Below the pieces are notes generated by a model, which was not told the DNA's origin, made no database searches, and worked only from the letters and a program-made list of their open reading frames with translations. This document shows positions 7,299 to 15,472 of a stretch of DNA of 15,624 nt, in pieces. The stretch is from a bacterium (lineage in GTDB: Bacteria; Methylomirabilota; Methylomirabilia; CAVQYV01), in the NCBI GenBank assembly GCA_043800755.1, contig JAZDMQ010000053.1:1-15624 (forward strand). The letters run 5' to 3'. Every line of letters begins with the position of its first letter. Within the stretch, counting starts at the first letter, position 1. Both the position numbers and the translations under genes were made by a program.

Positions 7299-8377
7299 GG
7301 CTCATCCCTCCGGGAGATGCCCCCTCGGGTTGGGCGGACCGCAAAAAGGGTCGAATCCTGGTACCAGCGGCCGCTTCCCTTCTCGATGATTCGGACCTCC
7401 AAGAGGTGGAGGCCCTTCTGGAGTGGGGCCGGGGGCGCATAAGAGATCTTGAAGGCGGTCGCATCGTAGGAGGAGGCAACCTCTCTCCGGTCTAAAAGGA
7501 GGAGGGGCGAGCTGCCGAAGCAATCCAGCCGGGGGAGGCCGACCACGATCTCCTGCGGCGACCTGCTCAGGACGGCCCCTTCGGCAAAGGGAAACTGGGC
7601 CTCCAGGGGCAGGGCCTCGAGCTTGCGGCGAAAGCCCTCCAGGCCATCATCGCGATAGATAAACTGCCTTTTCAGGCGGAACAGATGCGTCTTCGGGGTA
7701 TTAGTTCCGGGGCAGGCGGTGAGGATCAGTTCGAAATGGGCCTCCTTGGCGATTTCCTCCACCTCCTGATCGTAAGCCCCATAGGGGTAGGCGAAAAAGG
7801 GACAGGGGCGGCGAAGGCGGGCTTCAAGCAGGGATCTGGATTGGGTCAATTCCCGCCTCACCCGGGCCCGGTATCTGCCCTGGGTTTCGTCCGCCTTCCT
7901 CTTGACGAGATTGGCGTGGGAGTGGCCGTGAGGCATGATTTCCATGCCTGCCCGCGCCATCTCCCGGAGCTGGGTGGAGGTGAGATAATGGCTCGGTTGA
8001 CCGGGATATTGGGTGGAGATGAAAAAGGTCCCCGTGAATCCATGGGCCAGCAGGAGGGGGAAGACTTCAGTGTAGGCAGAAGAATAGCCATCATCGAAGG
8101 TCAAGATGACCGGACGGGGGGGCAAGGAGGCAGCCCCCTTCCGGGCTTGAATCCACCGAGAAAGTGGGATGGTGGCATATCCCTTCTCCTTCAGGTAATC
8201 CATCTGCGCGCGAAAATCGGCCCCCGAGACCCCATACTCGGTGAGCGGCTGGGCAGAGATCTGGTGATAGCAAAGGATGGGCAGGCAGGCCAGGGTCAGA
8301 TCGGCCGCATCGGCCGAGGACAGGGGGAAGATCAGCCCCCAGAATACGATCCAGAGCCCTCTTTTCCCCCAGCTCAT
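7295..8377 (-). CDS. Secreted polysaccharide deacetylase (CE4/NodB, PgaB/IcaB-like) with C-terminal accessory domain
   Basis: Signal peptide (…LIFPLSSADA-A), PILCYHQI, ILTFDDGY, HGHSHANL, FAYPYGAY motifs. Confidence 0.9.
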   Translation of the reverse strand: MSWGKRGLWIVFWGLIFPLSSADAADLTLACLPILCYHQISAQPLTEYGVSGADFRAQMDYLKEKGYATIPLSRWIQARKGAASLPPRPVILTFDDGYSSAYTEVFPLLLAHGFTGTFFISTQYPGQPSHYLTSTQLREMARAGMEIMPHGHSHANLVKRKADETQGRYRARVRRELTQSRSLLEARLRRPCPFFAYPYGAYDQEVEEIAKEAHFELILTACPGTNTPKTHLFRLKRQFIYRDDGLEGFRRKLEALPLEAQFPFAEGAVLSRSPQEIVVGLPRLDCFGSSPLLLLDRREVASSYDATAFKISYAPPAPLQKGLHLLEVRIIEKGSGRWYQDSTLFAVRPTRGGISRRDEP

Positions 8378-9126
8378 CTCTCTGGACGAGGAGGGGCAGA
8401 CTTCAGTGGCTCGTTCACCACCGTCCCCGGGGGTGGCTTGAATTGGTAGATAGAGTCTTGAATTGGCGCATTGAGCTTGACGCCCCGGAGCTTGACGCTG
8501 GAATAATCGCCGTTGGGCTCCCAGAGGTCGAGGCGAGAGAGGAACCAGGTTTGTGAGTCCACCCAGGCCTTGATCTTGGCAATCCGTTTGCTCATTCGGG
8601 CATTCTTGGGGAGCAGCTCCAGCACAAAGCTACCCTTCTCCTCCGGGTTATCCAGGAGCCGGATGCGATAGTTCTCCTTGATCACTGCCCCCTCTTCATT
8701 CATTCCCACATACCGCATCACCATCTTTTGCTTTCCCGAGATGTCCACCTTGTCCACCTGGCGCAGGGAGGGGTAGTGCATCCAGAGGGTATTGCCGTTG
8801 ACGATGAGGGTGCTGGCGATGGGCTCCTTCACCCCCCAATAGATCTTGTCTGGCTTGGTGATGTAAAGGACCCCCTCGGCCCGCACCGGAGAGGCCAGGA
8901 GCGACATCTCCTTCTCCAAAATGAATTCCGCACTCACCGTCTTTGCCGCCTTCTGCACCTTGGCCACCTGGGACAGAATGAGGTCAATCGTCTGCTGCGG
9001 TGAGAGCCTGGGCAGATCCGGCTTGAATTCCTCGGCGCGGGCCTCTGCAAAACAGGCCAGGGAGATGAACAGGGTCAAGGTGAGAAGGCTGGTCCTCCTC
9101 CGGGACTTTTGATGGTTACGCTTCAA
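8374..9126 (-). CDS. LolA-like periplasmic lipoprotein/lipid carrier
   Basis: Signal peptide (…ISLACFAEARA-E), SAEF…EGVLYITKPDKIYW…LIVNGNTLWMHYPSLRQV, LELLPK, terminal YQFKPPPGTVV. Start moved from 9147 to TTG 9126, which has AAGGAGG 6 nt upstream. Confidence 0.85.
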   Translation of the reverse strand: MKRNHQKSRRRTSLLTLTLFISLACFAEARAEEFKPDLPRLSPQQTIDLILSQVAKVQKAAKTVSAEFILEKEMSLLASPVRAEGVLYITKPDKIYWGVKEPIASTLIVNGNTLWMHYPSLRQVDKVDISGKQKMVMRYVGMNEEGAVIKENYRIRLLDNPEEKGSFVLELLPKNARMSKRIAKIKAWVDSQTWFLSRLDLWEPNGDYSSVKLRGVKLNAPIQDSIYQFKPPPGTVVNEPLKSAPPRPER

Positions 9127-10477
9127 GTTCCTCCTCCTTAATTCCAATTCCCTCAGCGAGAGAGGGTTGTTCCGAGATGGCCCCCTGGGGATGGCGCCTC
9201 ATCCTGCGATGTTGAAAAACCCCCCGCATATATCCTAAGTTCACGGCGAAATAGAAGATGAGGTGCCTCCAATTGGGAGGCATTCGCCTTCCGATGGAGG
9301 TCACAGAATAGGTCTTTTCGTAAGCCCGGAAGGTCCCCTCATCCAACTCCTCCGGGCTCATGCGCTTGGGTCGAAAGACCACATGCTCCCGGTCGTACCA
9401 CTCCCATTGTCGGTGCAGGATCCGACCTTCCGACTCCAACTGTTGAAAGAGCCGGGTCCCGGGAAAGGGGGTCAGGCGACAGAAGTTGGCCGCATCCAGG
9501 CTCGTCTCCGCCACAAATTCTGCGGTCCTTGAAAAGACCGAGGCGTCGTCCTGATCGAAACCGAAGACGAAGGAGCCCTGGATGCCGATTCCCCGCGACC
9601 GGATCCGGCGAATGCAGGTCCGGTAATCTTCCACCCGGTTGGCGCTCTTTCCCATCGCCTGGAGGGTCTCCGGGGACAAAGACTCAAAACCGATGAGCAG
9701 TCCGATACACCCGGCCTCCGCCGCCAGATCCAATAGACTCTCATCCCGGGCAATGGTAATCGAGGTCTGGCTCACCCATTTGCGGCGCAAAGGGATTAGG
9801 GCCTTCATCAGCTCCCGGCCATAGGCGTGGTGGCCGATGAGGTTGTCATCCACAAAGAGAAAGAACCTCCCGGGCAGGCAGGAGATGTCCCGTATTACCT
9901 CGGGGATAGGGCGCAGGCGAAAGGTCTTGCCCGAGAAGGCAGTCACCGAGCAAAAGGAGCAATCGAAGGGACAACCCCGAGTGGCCTGGACCACATTGGG
10001 GATGAGGTAGCGCCGGCGGTCCAGGAGATCATAGCGCAGGGTCGGGGAGCCTTGAAGAGAGGGGAGAACAGATGCCCGATAAAGAGGCTTCAGCCGCCTG
10101 TTGCGGGCATCTTCGATCATTTGAGGCCAGAGTTCCTCCGCCTCTCCCACGGCCACCGCATCGGCATGTGCCAGGGCCTCTTGGGGCAGGAGGGAGGGAT
10201 GAATGCCGCCCATGATCACCTGTGTGCGCCTGGCCCGGTAGGTTTGGGCGATCTCATAGGCGCGAGGGGCGGTGGCCGTCATGACCGAGAGGGCAACCAG
10301 GTCGACCTCTTCCCCGAAATCGATCCCTTGGACTACTTCGTCGCAGAGGCTGACCCGGACATCGGGGGGGGTCAGGGCGGCCAGCAGGGGGAGCGCCAGG
10401 GGGGGAAAGACGAAGGCGGCCTTCTTCCCCTTCCAGATGTGATCGGGCCGGCAAGGGGCGATGATCTTGACCTTCAA
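9116..10477 (-). CDS. Cobalamin(B12)-binding domain radical SAM protein (second, divergent paralogue)
   Basis: FPPLALPLLAALTP, VIMGGIHPS, VGEAE, TRGCPFDCSFC (9950-9973), FVDDNL, IGFES, LTPFPGTRLF. The track start (10756) lies deep in rpe; the likely start is TTG 10477 overlapping the rpe TGA, with GAGG 5 nt upstream. Confidence 0.9.
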   Translation of the reverse strand: MKVKIIAPCRPDHIWKGKKAAFVFPPLALPLLAALTPPDVRVSLCDEVVQGIDFGEEVDLVALSVMTATAPRAYEIAQTYRARRTQVIMGGIHPSLLPQEALAHADAVAVGEAEELWPQMIEDARNRRLKPLYRASVLPSLQGSPTLRYDLLDRRRYLIPNVVQATRGCPFDCSFCSVTAFSGKTFRLRPIPEVIRDISCLPGRFFLFVDDNLIGHHAYGRELMKALIPLRRKWVSQTSITIARDESLLDLAAEAGCIGLLIGFESLSPETLQAMGKSANRVEDYRTCIRRIRSRGIGIQGSFVFGFDQDDASVFSRTAEFVAETSLDAANFCRLTPFPGTRLFQQLESEGRILHRQWEWYDREHVVFRPKRMSPEELDEGTFRAYEKTYSVTSIGRRMPPNWRHLIFYFAVNLGYMRGVFQHRRMRRHPQGAISEQPSLAEGIGIKEEELEA

Positions 10478-11124
10478 CGAAGCCTCTTTTTCATTTGCCG
10501 GATGGCCTCCGCCGGGTTGGTGGAGCCAAAGACGGCAGATCCCGCCACCAGGATCGTAGCCCCCGCTTCCGCAACTTCGCGACAGTTCTCCACCTTGATC
10601 CCCCCATCGACTTCCAGCTCGAAGGAGAGGGCATTGCGCCGGGCCATCTGGGCCAGGTCCTGAATCTTCGTCAAGGTGGAGGCGATGAAGGCCTGGCCTC
10701 CCCAACCGGGGTTGACTGACATCAAGAGGATGAGGTCCACCTCGGCCTTCACCCATTCCACGGCGGACAAGGGGGTGGAGGGATTCAGGGAAACCCCAGC
10801 CAGCTTCCCCAGCTCCTTGATCCGCTGCACGGTGCGGTGCAAGTGGGGGCAGGCCTCCACATGAACGGTGAGGTAGTCGGCCCCCGCCTCGGCGAAGGCG
10901 ACCAGGTGGCGATCCGGGTCCGAGATCATGAGATGGACATCGAGGGGAAGGGCTGTCCTCTTACGCAGGGCCGCCACCAGGGGAGGGCCGAAGGTGAAGT
11001 TGGGAACGAAATGTCCGTCCATCACATCCAGATGGAGCACATCCGCCTCCTGTTCCACCTTAGCCACCTCCTCCGCCAGGATGGCAAAATCGGCAGAGAG
11101 GATGGAGGGTGCTATCTTGACCAT
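10474..11124 (-). CDS. rpe: Ribulose-phosphate 3-epimerase
   Basis: IAPSILSADF, LHLDVMDGHFVPNFTFG, DVHLMI, LMSVNPGWGGQAF, EVDGGI, VAGSAVF; GGAGG RBS. Confidence 0.98.
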   Translation of the reverse strand: MVKIAPSILSADFAILAEEVAKVEQEADVLHLDVMDGHFVPNFTFGPPLVAALRKRTALPLDVHLMISDPDRHLVAFAEAGADYLTVHVEACPHLHRTVQRIKELGKLAGVSLNPSTPLSAVEWVKAEVDLILLMSVNPGWGGQAFIASTLTKIQDLAQMARRNALSFELEVDGGIKVENCREVAEAGATILVAGSAVFGSTNPAEAIRQMKKRLR

Positions 11125-11138
11125 GTTTCAAATCCTCC

Positions 11139-11175
11139 CCGAAGGCTCCCCTCGGCTGATTGAGGGGGGCTTCGG
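11139..11175. repeat. GC-rich imperfect inverted repeat filling the PASTA-rpe intergenic gap
   Basis: CCGAAG/CTTCGG outer arms and CCCCTC/GAGGGG inner arms; no U-tract, so not a classic intrinsic terminator. Confidence 0.6.
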
Positions 11176-11177
11176 TA

Positions 11178-11909
11178 TTACCGCCTGCTTCCTTTCCCCA
11201 CCACTAACAAGATCTTTGCACCGTTGGGGAGGGGAGAGCCGGGGAGAGGTTCTTGGGCCACGATCCGGGCGGGCTCCTTTTTCGATGGGGCCCCGAAATC
11301 GGACTGGACCTTGAATCCCATGGTAGTCAATGTCCTGGAGGTGGCCGGCCCGTCTCGGCCGGTCAAATCCGGCATAAGGTAGACCGCCTCCTCCGGACCC
11401 AGGCTGACCAGCAGATTCACCACATCACCGATGTGGAGCCTGGTTCCGGCAGGGGGGGATTGGGAGACGATGCCGCCCCGGGGGACCAGGTCAGAGTGAA
11501 CCTGGCAGAGTTCCCCCAGGGCCAGCCCCTTAGCCCCCATGGCCCTGCGCGCGGCATCCTTGCGCAGGTAAGTGAAGTCGGGCAGGAAGAGTTCGCTCGA
11601 TCCCCGGCTCAGGGTCAAGCTGACTGACCTCTGTGGCTTGATGCGAGACCCAGGGGCCGGATCCTGGACGATGACCGAGCCTTTGGGCAGGCTCGGATGA
11701 TAACGCTCTCCCACGATTCTCCCCCGGAGGCCTTGCTCTTTCAGCCTCTCCATGGCTAAAGGCGCGGGTGCCCCGACGACATGGGGGACGACCACTCGAC
11801 CCTTTTCAAAGGCCAATTCCATGGTGATGAGGGTCGTGCCGGCCAGGAGGGCCAGCAGGCCGGCAAAGATCAAAAGCCCCTTTTTCCTGGTTGCTAATCC
11901 GGGCAGCAT
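11178..11909 (-). CDS. Membrane-anchored protein with three PASTA domains and no kinase domain
   Basis: N-terminal RKK plus TM helix, then three repeats (VPHVVG…VIVQDPAPG…LTLSRG; LPDFT…IVSQSPPAG…LLVSLG; MPDLTG…IVAQEPLPG…LVVGKG). The track start (12206) is inside rsmB; likely start ATG 11909. Confidence 0.88.
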   Translation of the reverse strand: MLPGLATRKKGLLIFAGLLALLAGTTLITMELAFEKGRVVVPHVVGAPAPLAMERLKEQGLRGRIVGERYHPSLPKGSVIVQDPAPGSRIKPQRSVSLTLSRGSSELFLPDFTYLRKDAARRAMGAKGLALGELCQVHSDLVPRGGIVSQSPPAGTRLHIGDVVNLLVSLGPEEAVYLMPDLTGRDGPATSRTLTTMGFKVQSDFGAPSKKEPARIVAQEPLPGSPLPNGAKILLVVGKGSRR

Positions 11910-13234
11910 CTTAACCTGGCGGCGAAGAAGGCATCGGTCCCGTGACGATGCGGAAAAGTGCGCAGGTAACCCTGAGCGGTGATCGCCCCCCCTACGGGTT
12001 TGGGGAGGTGGGAAGAGAGGTCTTCCACGGAAAAAGAGGGATGGGAAGAGAGAAACTCCTCCACGACCTCTTCGTCTTCCTGGGGCTGTGGGGAACAGGT
12101 GGCATAGACTAGTACCCCCCCCGGGCGAAGATAAGCAGCTACCCCGTGCAGGAGGGAGGCCTGAAGCTCTCGCATCTGAGGGAGCGAGGCCAAGGGTCTC
12201 CTCCATTTGATCTCTGGATGATGGCGCAAGGTCCCCAGACCCGAACAGGGCGCATCCAGGAGGATCTTGTCAAATCTCCTTCCCCCGCTTGTCTCGGCCT
12301 GCCGCACATCCCCCCAGACCGGCTCCACGATATGGATCCCCAAGCGCCGGCAATTCTCTTTCAGGGTGGAGAGGGCCTTTTCATTCAGGTCCACCGCAGC
12401 GATTGCCCCCCGGTTTTCCATGAGCTGACCCAAGAGGGCCGCCTTCCCCCCTTTACCCGCACAGGCATCCAGGATCTGCTCCCCTGGCTGAGGATTGAGC
12501 AGATAAGGGATCAGGGCGGAGGCCTCATCCATCACCTGGAACCAGCCGGCGAGGTAGGAGCGGGCGCCCCGGATCCCCCAGAGGCCTCGCACTCGAAAGA
12601 AGTCGGGGACTAACGATCCCTCCTCCATCACCTTTACCTGTGCAGATAGGGCCTGCCTGAGGGAAGGCGCATCCGTCTTCAGGGTGTTGACCTGGAGTCC
12701 CAGATAAGGGGTCTGGTTGTTGGCCTCCATCAGGGCGGCCGCCTCGGCCTCCCCCAGATGCCCGATCCAGTCCCTTACCAGATCTGGGGGATGCGAGTAA
12801 TGGGCAGCCCATTCGGCAAGGTCCGAGGATGGCCCTGGGGGCATCCTTTGGGGAGGTTCCTGGGCGATCTTTCGCAGGATGGCGTTCACAAAATTCCCCT
12901 GCCTTTGGGAAAGGGAGGAGGTCGCCATCTTCACTGCCTCATCGACGACCGCGAAGGCGGGAATCCGATCGAGAAACCGGAGCTGATAGACCGCCATGCG
13001 CAGGATCTGCCTGAGCAGGGGATCCATCTCCGCCAAAGGATATCGCAGGAGGGGGGAAAGGAGAGCATCCAGCCTTCCCTGCCATCGCAGCACCCCATAA
13101 ACTATCTCGGTGGCCAGGCCTTTGTCAAGGGGATCAAGACGAGACCGCTCCAGTTCGCGGTCGAGGAGCGGGGCGGCAAAGAGGCCCTCTTTCTCCACCC
13201 GGAGAAGGATGTGGAGGGCGAGGTTGCGGCTCAC
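11894..13234 (-). CDS. rsmB: 16S rRNA m5C967 methyltransferase RsmB (Sun/Fmu)
   Basis: NusB-like N-terminus (EIVYGVLRW, AVVDEAV, FVNAILR), LDACAGKGGK, LLDAPCSGLGTLRHHPEIKW, YATCS; downstream of fmt. Confidence 0.96.
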   Translation of the reverse strand: MSRNLALHILLRVEKEGLFAAPLLDRELERSRLDPLDKGLATEIVYGVLRWQGRLDALLSPLLRYPLAEMDPLLRQILRMAVYQLRFLDRIPAFAVVDEAVKMATSSLSQRQGNFVNAILRKIAQEPPQRMPPGPSSDLAEWAAHYSHPPDLVRDWIGHLGEAEAAALMEANNQTPYLGLQVNTLKTDAPSLRQALSAQVKVMEEGSLVPDFFRVRGLWGIRGARSYLAGWFQVMDEASALIPYLLNPQPGEQILDACAGKGGKAALLGQLMENRGAIAAVDLNEKALSTLKENCRRLGIHIVEPVWGDVRQAETSGGRRFDKILLDAPCSGLGTLRHHPEIKWRRPLASLPQMRELQASLLHGVAAYLRPGGVLVYATCSPQPQEDEEVVEEFLSSHPSFSVEDLSSHLPKPVGGAITAQGYLRTFPHRHGTDAFFAARLRCCPD

Positions 13235-13992
13235 CCTTGTTCTTCCTTCCCGGTGAGCATCTGAATCGCCTCCTTGACCTGGGAGAGATCGATGCGGGTG
13301 TTCAGGCAGTAGCCATAGGGCCTTTGATTAAGGATCCCGATCACGGGGAGGGGGAGGCTGTCCCGGATGCCAGAGGAGAGGTCTCTTTCACAGGCCACGG
13401 CGATCACCGCCTCTGGCTTATATTCCAATAGGAAACGGCGGGCGGACATGCCTCCGGAGGCAATCCGGAGATGAGCCCCGTAGGCTTCGGCGATGGCCAA
13501 TAGGTCGCGGACATTGCAGCGGCCGCAGGAGCGGCAGTTCTTGACCTCGTGGGTGATGCGAACCGGGCACGCAGAATCCTGCAGGCAGTGAGGCATGAGC
13601 AGGAGGAGGTTTTTCAGGGCATAGCGAGATCTCCTGGCCTTTACCAGGCCATTATTGACTTCGATGAAGGACCGCTCGATCCGATCTCGAGAGATGCCGA
13701 CCAGGCGCCCGAGCAGCAGGGTCAGGGGATGAAAGAGGCAAAGGAGCACGGGGTAGATCCTTTCCCCCCAGAAGACCCCCTTGCCCCGGACCAAGGCGGA
13801 GAGGAGGAGAAGGATCGCCAGTGCCGGGAAGGCCAGGAAGAGGAGGAGGACGACTCCGAACAGGAGCGGGAAAAGGGGATGCATCTCGCTGAGGCCCTTA
13901 TCGGAGAGCCGCCAGAAGAGGAGAGCGAGAAGGCACAAGAGAAAGTAGGAGGAGAGGGCGAGCCCCAAGAAGGTGCCCTTCTTATCGGTCAT
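13231..13992 (-). CDS. DUF116-family membrane protein with Cys-rich domain
   Basis: Two N-terminal TM segments, SFIEVNN, LLLMPHCLQ…C…CRSCGRC, AVACERDLSSGI, LPVIGILNQRPYGYCLNT. Start ATG 13992 or 14013. Confidence 0.82.
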   Translation of the reverse strand: MTDKKGTFLGLALSSYFLLCLLALLFWRLSDKGLSEMHPLFPLLFGVVLLLFLAFPALAILLLLSALVRGKGVFWGERIYPVLLCLFHPLTLLLGRLVGISRDRIERSFIEVNNGLVKARRSRYALKNLLLLMPHCLQDSACPVRITHEVKNCRSCGRCNVRDLLAIAEAYGAHLRIASGGMSARRFLLEYKPEAVIAVACERDLSSGIRDSLPLPVIGILNQRPYGYCLNTRIDLSQVKEAIQMLTGKEEQG

Positions 13993-14932
13993 GGGACGGT
14001 CCCCCAAAGGCATCTCCGAGGGCGAGCCTTTGTCCTCGGGCGAACTCGTTCGCCTCCATCGGCCGCCGGCCTTCCAACTGCAGGCCTAAGAGCAGCAGCG
14101 ATCCCGAGCCGGTGGCCACCCGGATCGCGTCCGTTTCCAGGGCCAAAATGGCCCCGGGAGGGGAGCTGGATCCCCCATCCCCCTGGACCCCCGCCCTCAG
14201 GATCTTGACGCGCATCCCCTTCCAGAGGGTATAGGCCCCAGGAAGGGGGGAAAGGGCCCGGATGAGGTGATGTAGCGCCTGGGCGCGCCACTGCCAATGG
14301 ATCAGGCTCTCCTCCTTCTTCAGAGGAGGGGCGTAGGTGGCCTCCTCATCTCGCTGGGCCACCGGACGGAGTTGGCCCTGGCATGACTGCTCGAGCGCCC
14401 GGGAGAGGGTTTGGGCAGCCAACAAGGCCAGGCGATCATGCAGCGTGCCCCCGGAATCGGAGGGCAGGATGGGATGGGGGACCTGAAGCAGGATGGGTCC
14501 GGTGTCCATTCCCTCATCCATTTGCATGATGGTGATGCCGGTCAGCCCTTCTGCGGCCATGATGGCCCTCTGGATGGGAGCGGCGCCCCGGTATCGGGGG
14601 AGAAGGGAGGCATGGACATTGATGCACCCGAGCGGCGGAAGACGGAGCAGTTCTGGGGGCAGGATCTTTCCATAGGCGACGACCACCGCCAGATCGGGAT
14701 TGAGGCTGCGAAGGGAGGAGAGAAGCGCTGGATCCTTCAGGCGGTCAGGCTGCAGGACAGCAAGTCCCTCCCTCTCCGCCCACCTCTTCACCGGGGAGGG
14801 CATCATCTTCTTTCCCCTGCCGGAGGGGCGGTCCGGTTGAGTGATGACCCCCACGATCTCGAATCCCTCTCCCCTCAGCCGGCAGAGGCAGGGGAGGGCG
14901 AACTCAGGGGTGCCCATAAAGAGGATCTTCAT
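13982..14932 (-). CDS. fmt: Methionyl-tRNA formyltransferase
   Basis: MKILFMGTPEFA, TQPDRPSGRG, VVAYGKIL, INVHASLLPRYRGAAPIQRAI, MDEGMDTGPIL. Confidence 0.98.
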   Translation of the reverse strand: MKILFMGTPEFALPCLCRLRGEGFEIVGVITQPDRPSGRGKKMMPSPVKRWAEREGLAVLQPDRLKDPALLSSLRSLNPDLAVVVAYGKILPPELLRLPPLGCINVHASLLPRYRGAAPIQRAIMAAEGLTGITIMQMDEGMDTGPILLQVPHPILPSDSGGTLHDRLALLAAQTLSRALEQSCQGQLRPVAQRDEEATYAPPLKKEESLIHWQWRAQALHHLIRALSPLPGAYTLWKGMRVKILRAGVQGDGGSSSPPGAILALETDAIRVATGSGSLLLLGLQLEGRRPMEANEFARGQRLALGDAFGGPSHDR

Positions 14933-15417
14933 GGATCTCCTTCCTTATTAGAAGAGGCATCAGGGGGAGCAAGGAGCTCGGAGACGATCTGCGCCATTCC
15001 GGACAGGTGGCTGCCCTGCCAGTAGATTCGCCCACAACCAGGGCATCGGAGATAGGATGGGTAGTTCAAGAGGACGAAATCAGGCACCTTCCCCTCCACC
15101 TGTTCCTTTCCCAATGCGACCAATCTCCGATTGCACAACAGGCAACGCCGAAAGCGCCCCTGTCCGGGCCGGAGGGAAAAAGCCTTGAGGACCTGGGCTA
15201 TCTGGGCCCTCCAGTGGTCGCTCTCGATGAGGAGCACCTTCACCGGTTGGCCCTCCTGCGTCAGGCGACGATTGCGGGTGAGGATGACTCTCCCCTCCTC
15301 CCGGGCCTGTTTGATGAGGGAGGCCGTCTTGGGCGTTCGGAGATCACTTACATCATAGCCCAAAATTCGCAGCCACTTGGCCAGCCGGCCCAGCATTACA
15401 TCGGCCACAAATCTCAT
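14929..15417 (-). CDS. Mut7-C RNase domain (PIN-fold) protein with C-terminal zinc ribbon
   Basis: MRFVADVMLGRLAKWLRILGYD, EGRVILTRNRRL, RCLLCN…RCPGCGRIYWQGSH are characteristic of the Mut7-C family. Confidence 0.9.
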   Translation of the reverse strand: MRFVADVMLGRLAKWLRILGYDVSDLRTPKTASLIKQAREEGRVILTRNRRLTQEGQPVKVLLIESDHWRAQIAQVLKAFSLRPGQGRFRRCLLCNRRLVALGKEQVEGKVPDFVLLNYPSYLRCPGCGRIYWQGSHLSGMAQIVSELLAPPDASSNKEGDP

Positions 15418-15423
15418 AGGGAA

Positions 15424-15452
15424 AATCTAACACAAGCCCTGCATTTTTTTAA
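15424..15452 (-). promoter_or_regulatory. Putative extended -10 promoter of the Mut7-C/fmt operon
   Basis: TTAAAA (15452-15447), 17 nt, TAGATT (15429-15424) preceded by TGTGn; only 6 nt separate it from the ATG. Confidence 0.55.
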
Positions 15453-15472
15453 GGAAAAACTTTCTTCGGGGA

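Noticed and set aside
5943-10477. Assigning hpnP/hpnJ/hpnK or bchE names to the cassette
   Set aside because: No squalene-hopene cyclase or bacteriochlorophyll genes in the window; motifs are family-generic.
6369-10663. Plus-strand ORFs 6369-7442, 7685-8449 and 9827-10663
   Set aside because: Antisense shadows of well-supported minus-strand genes.
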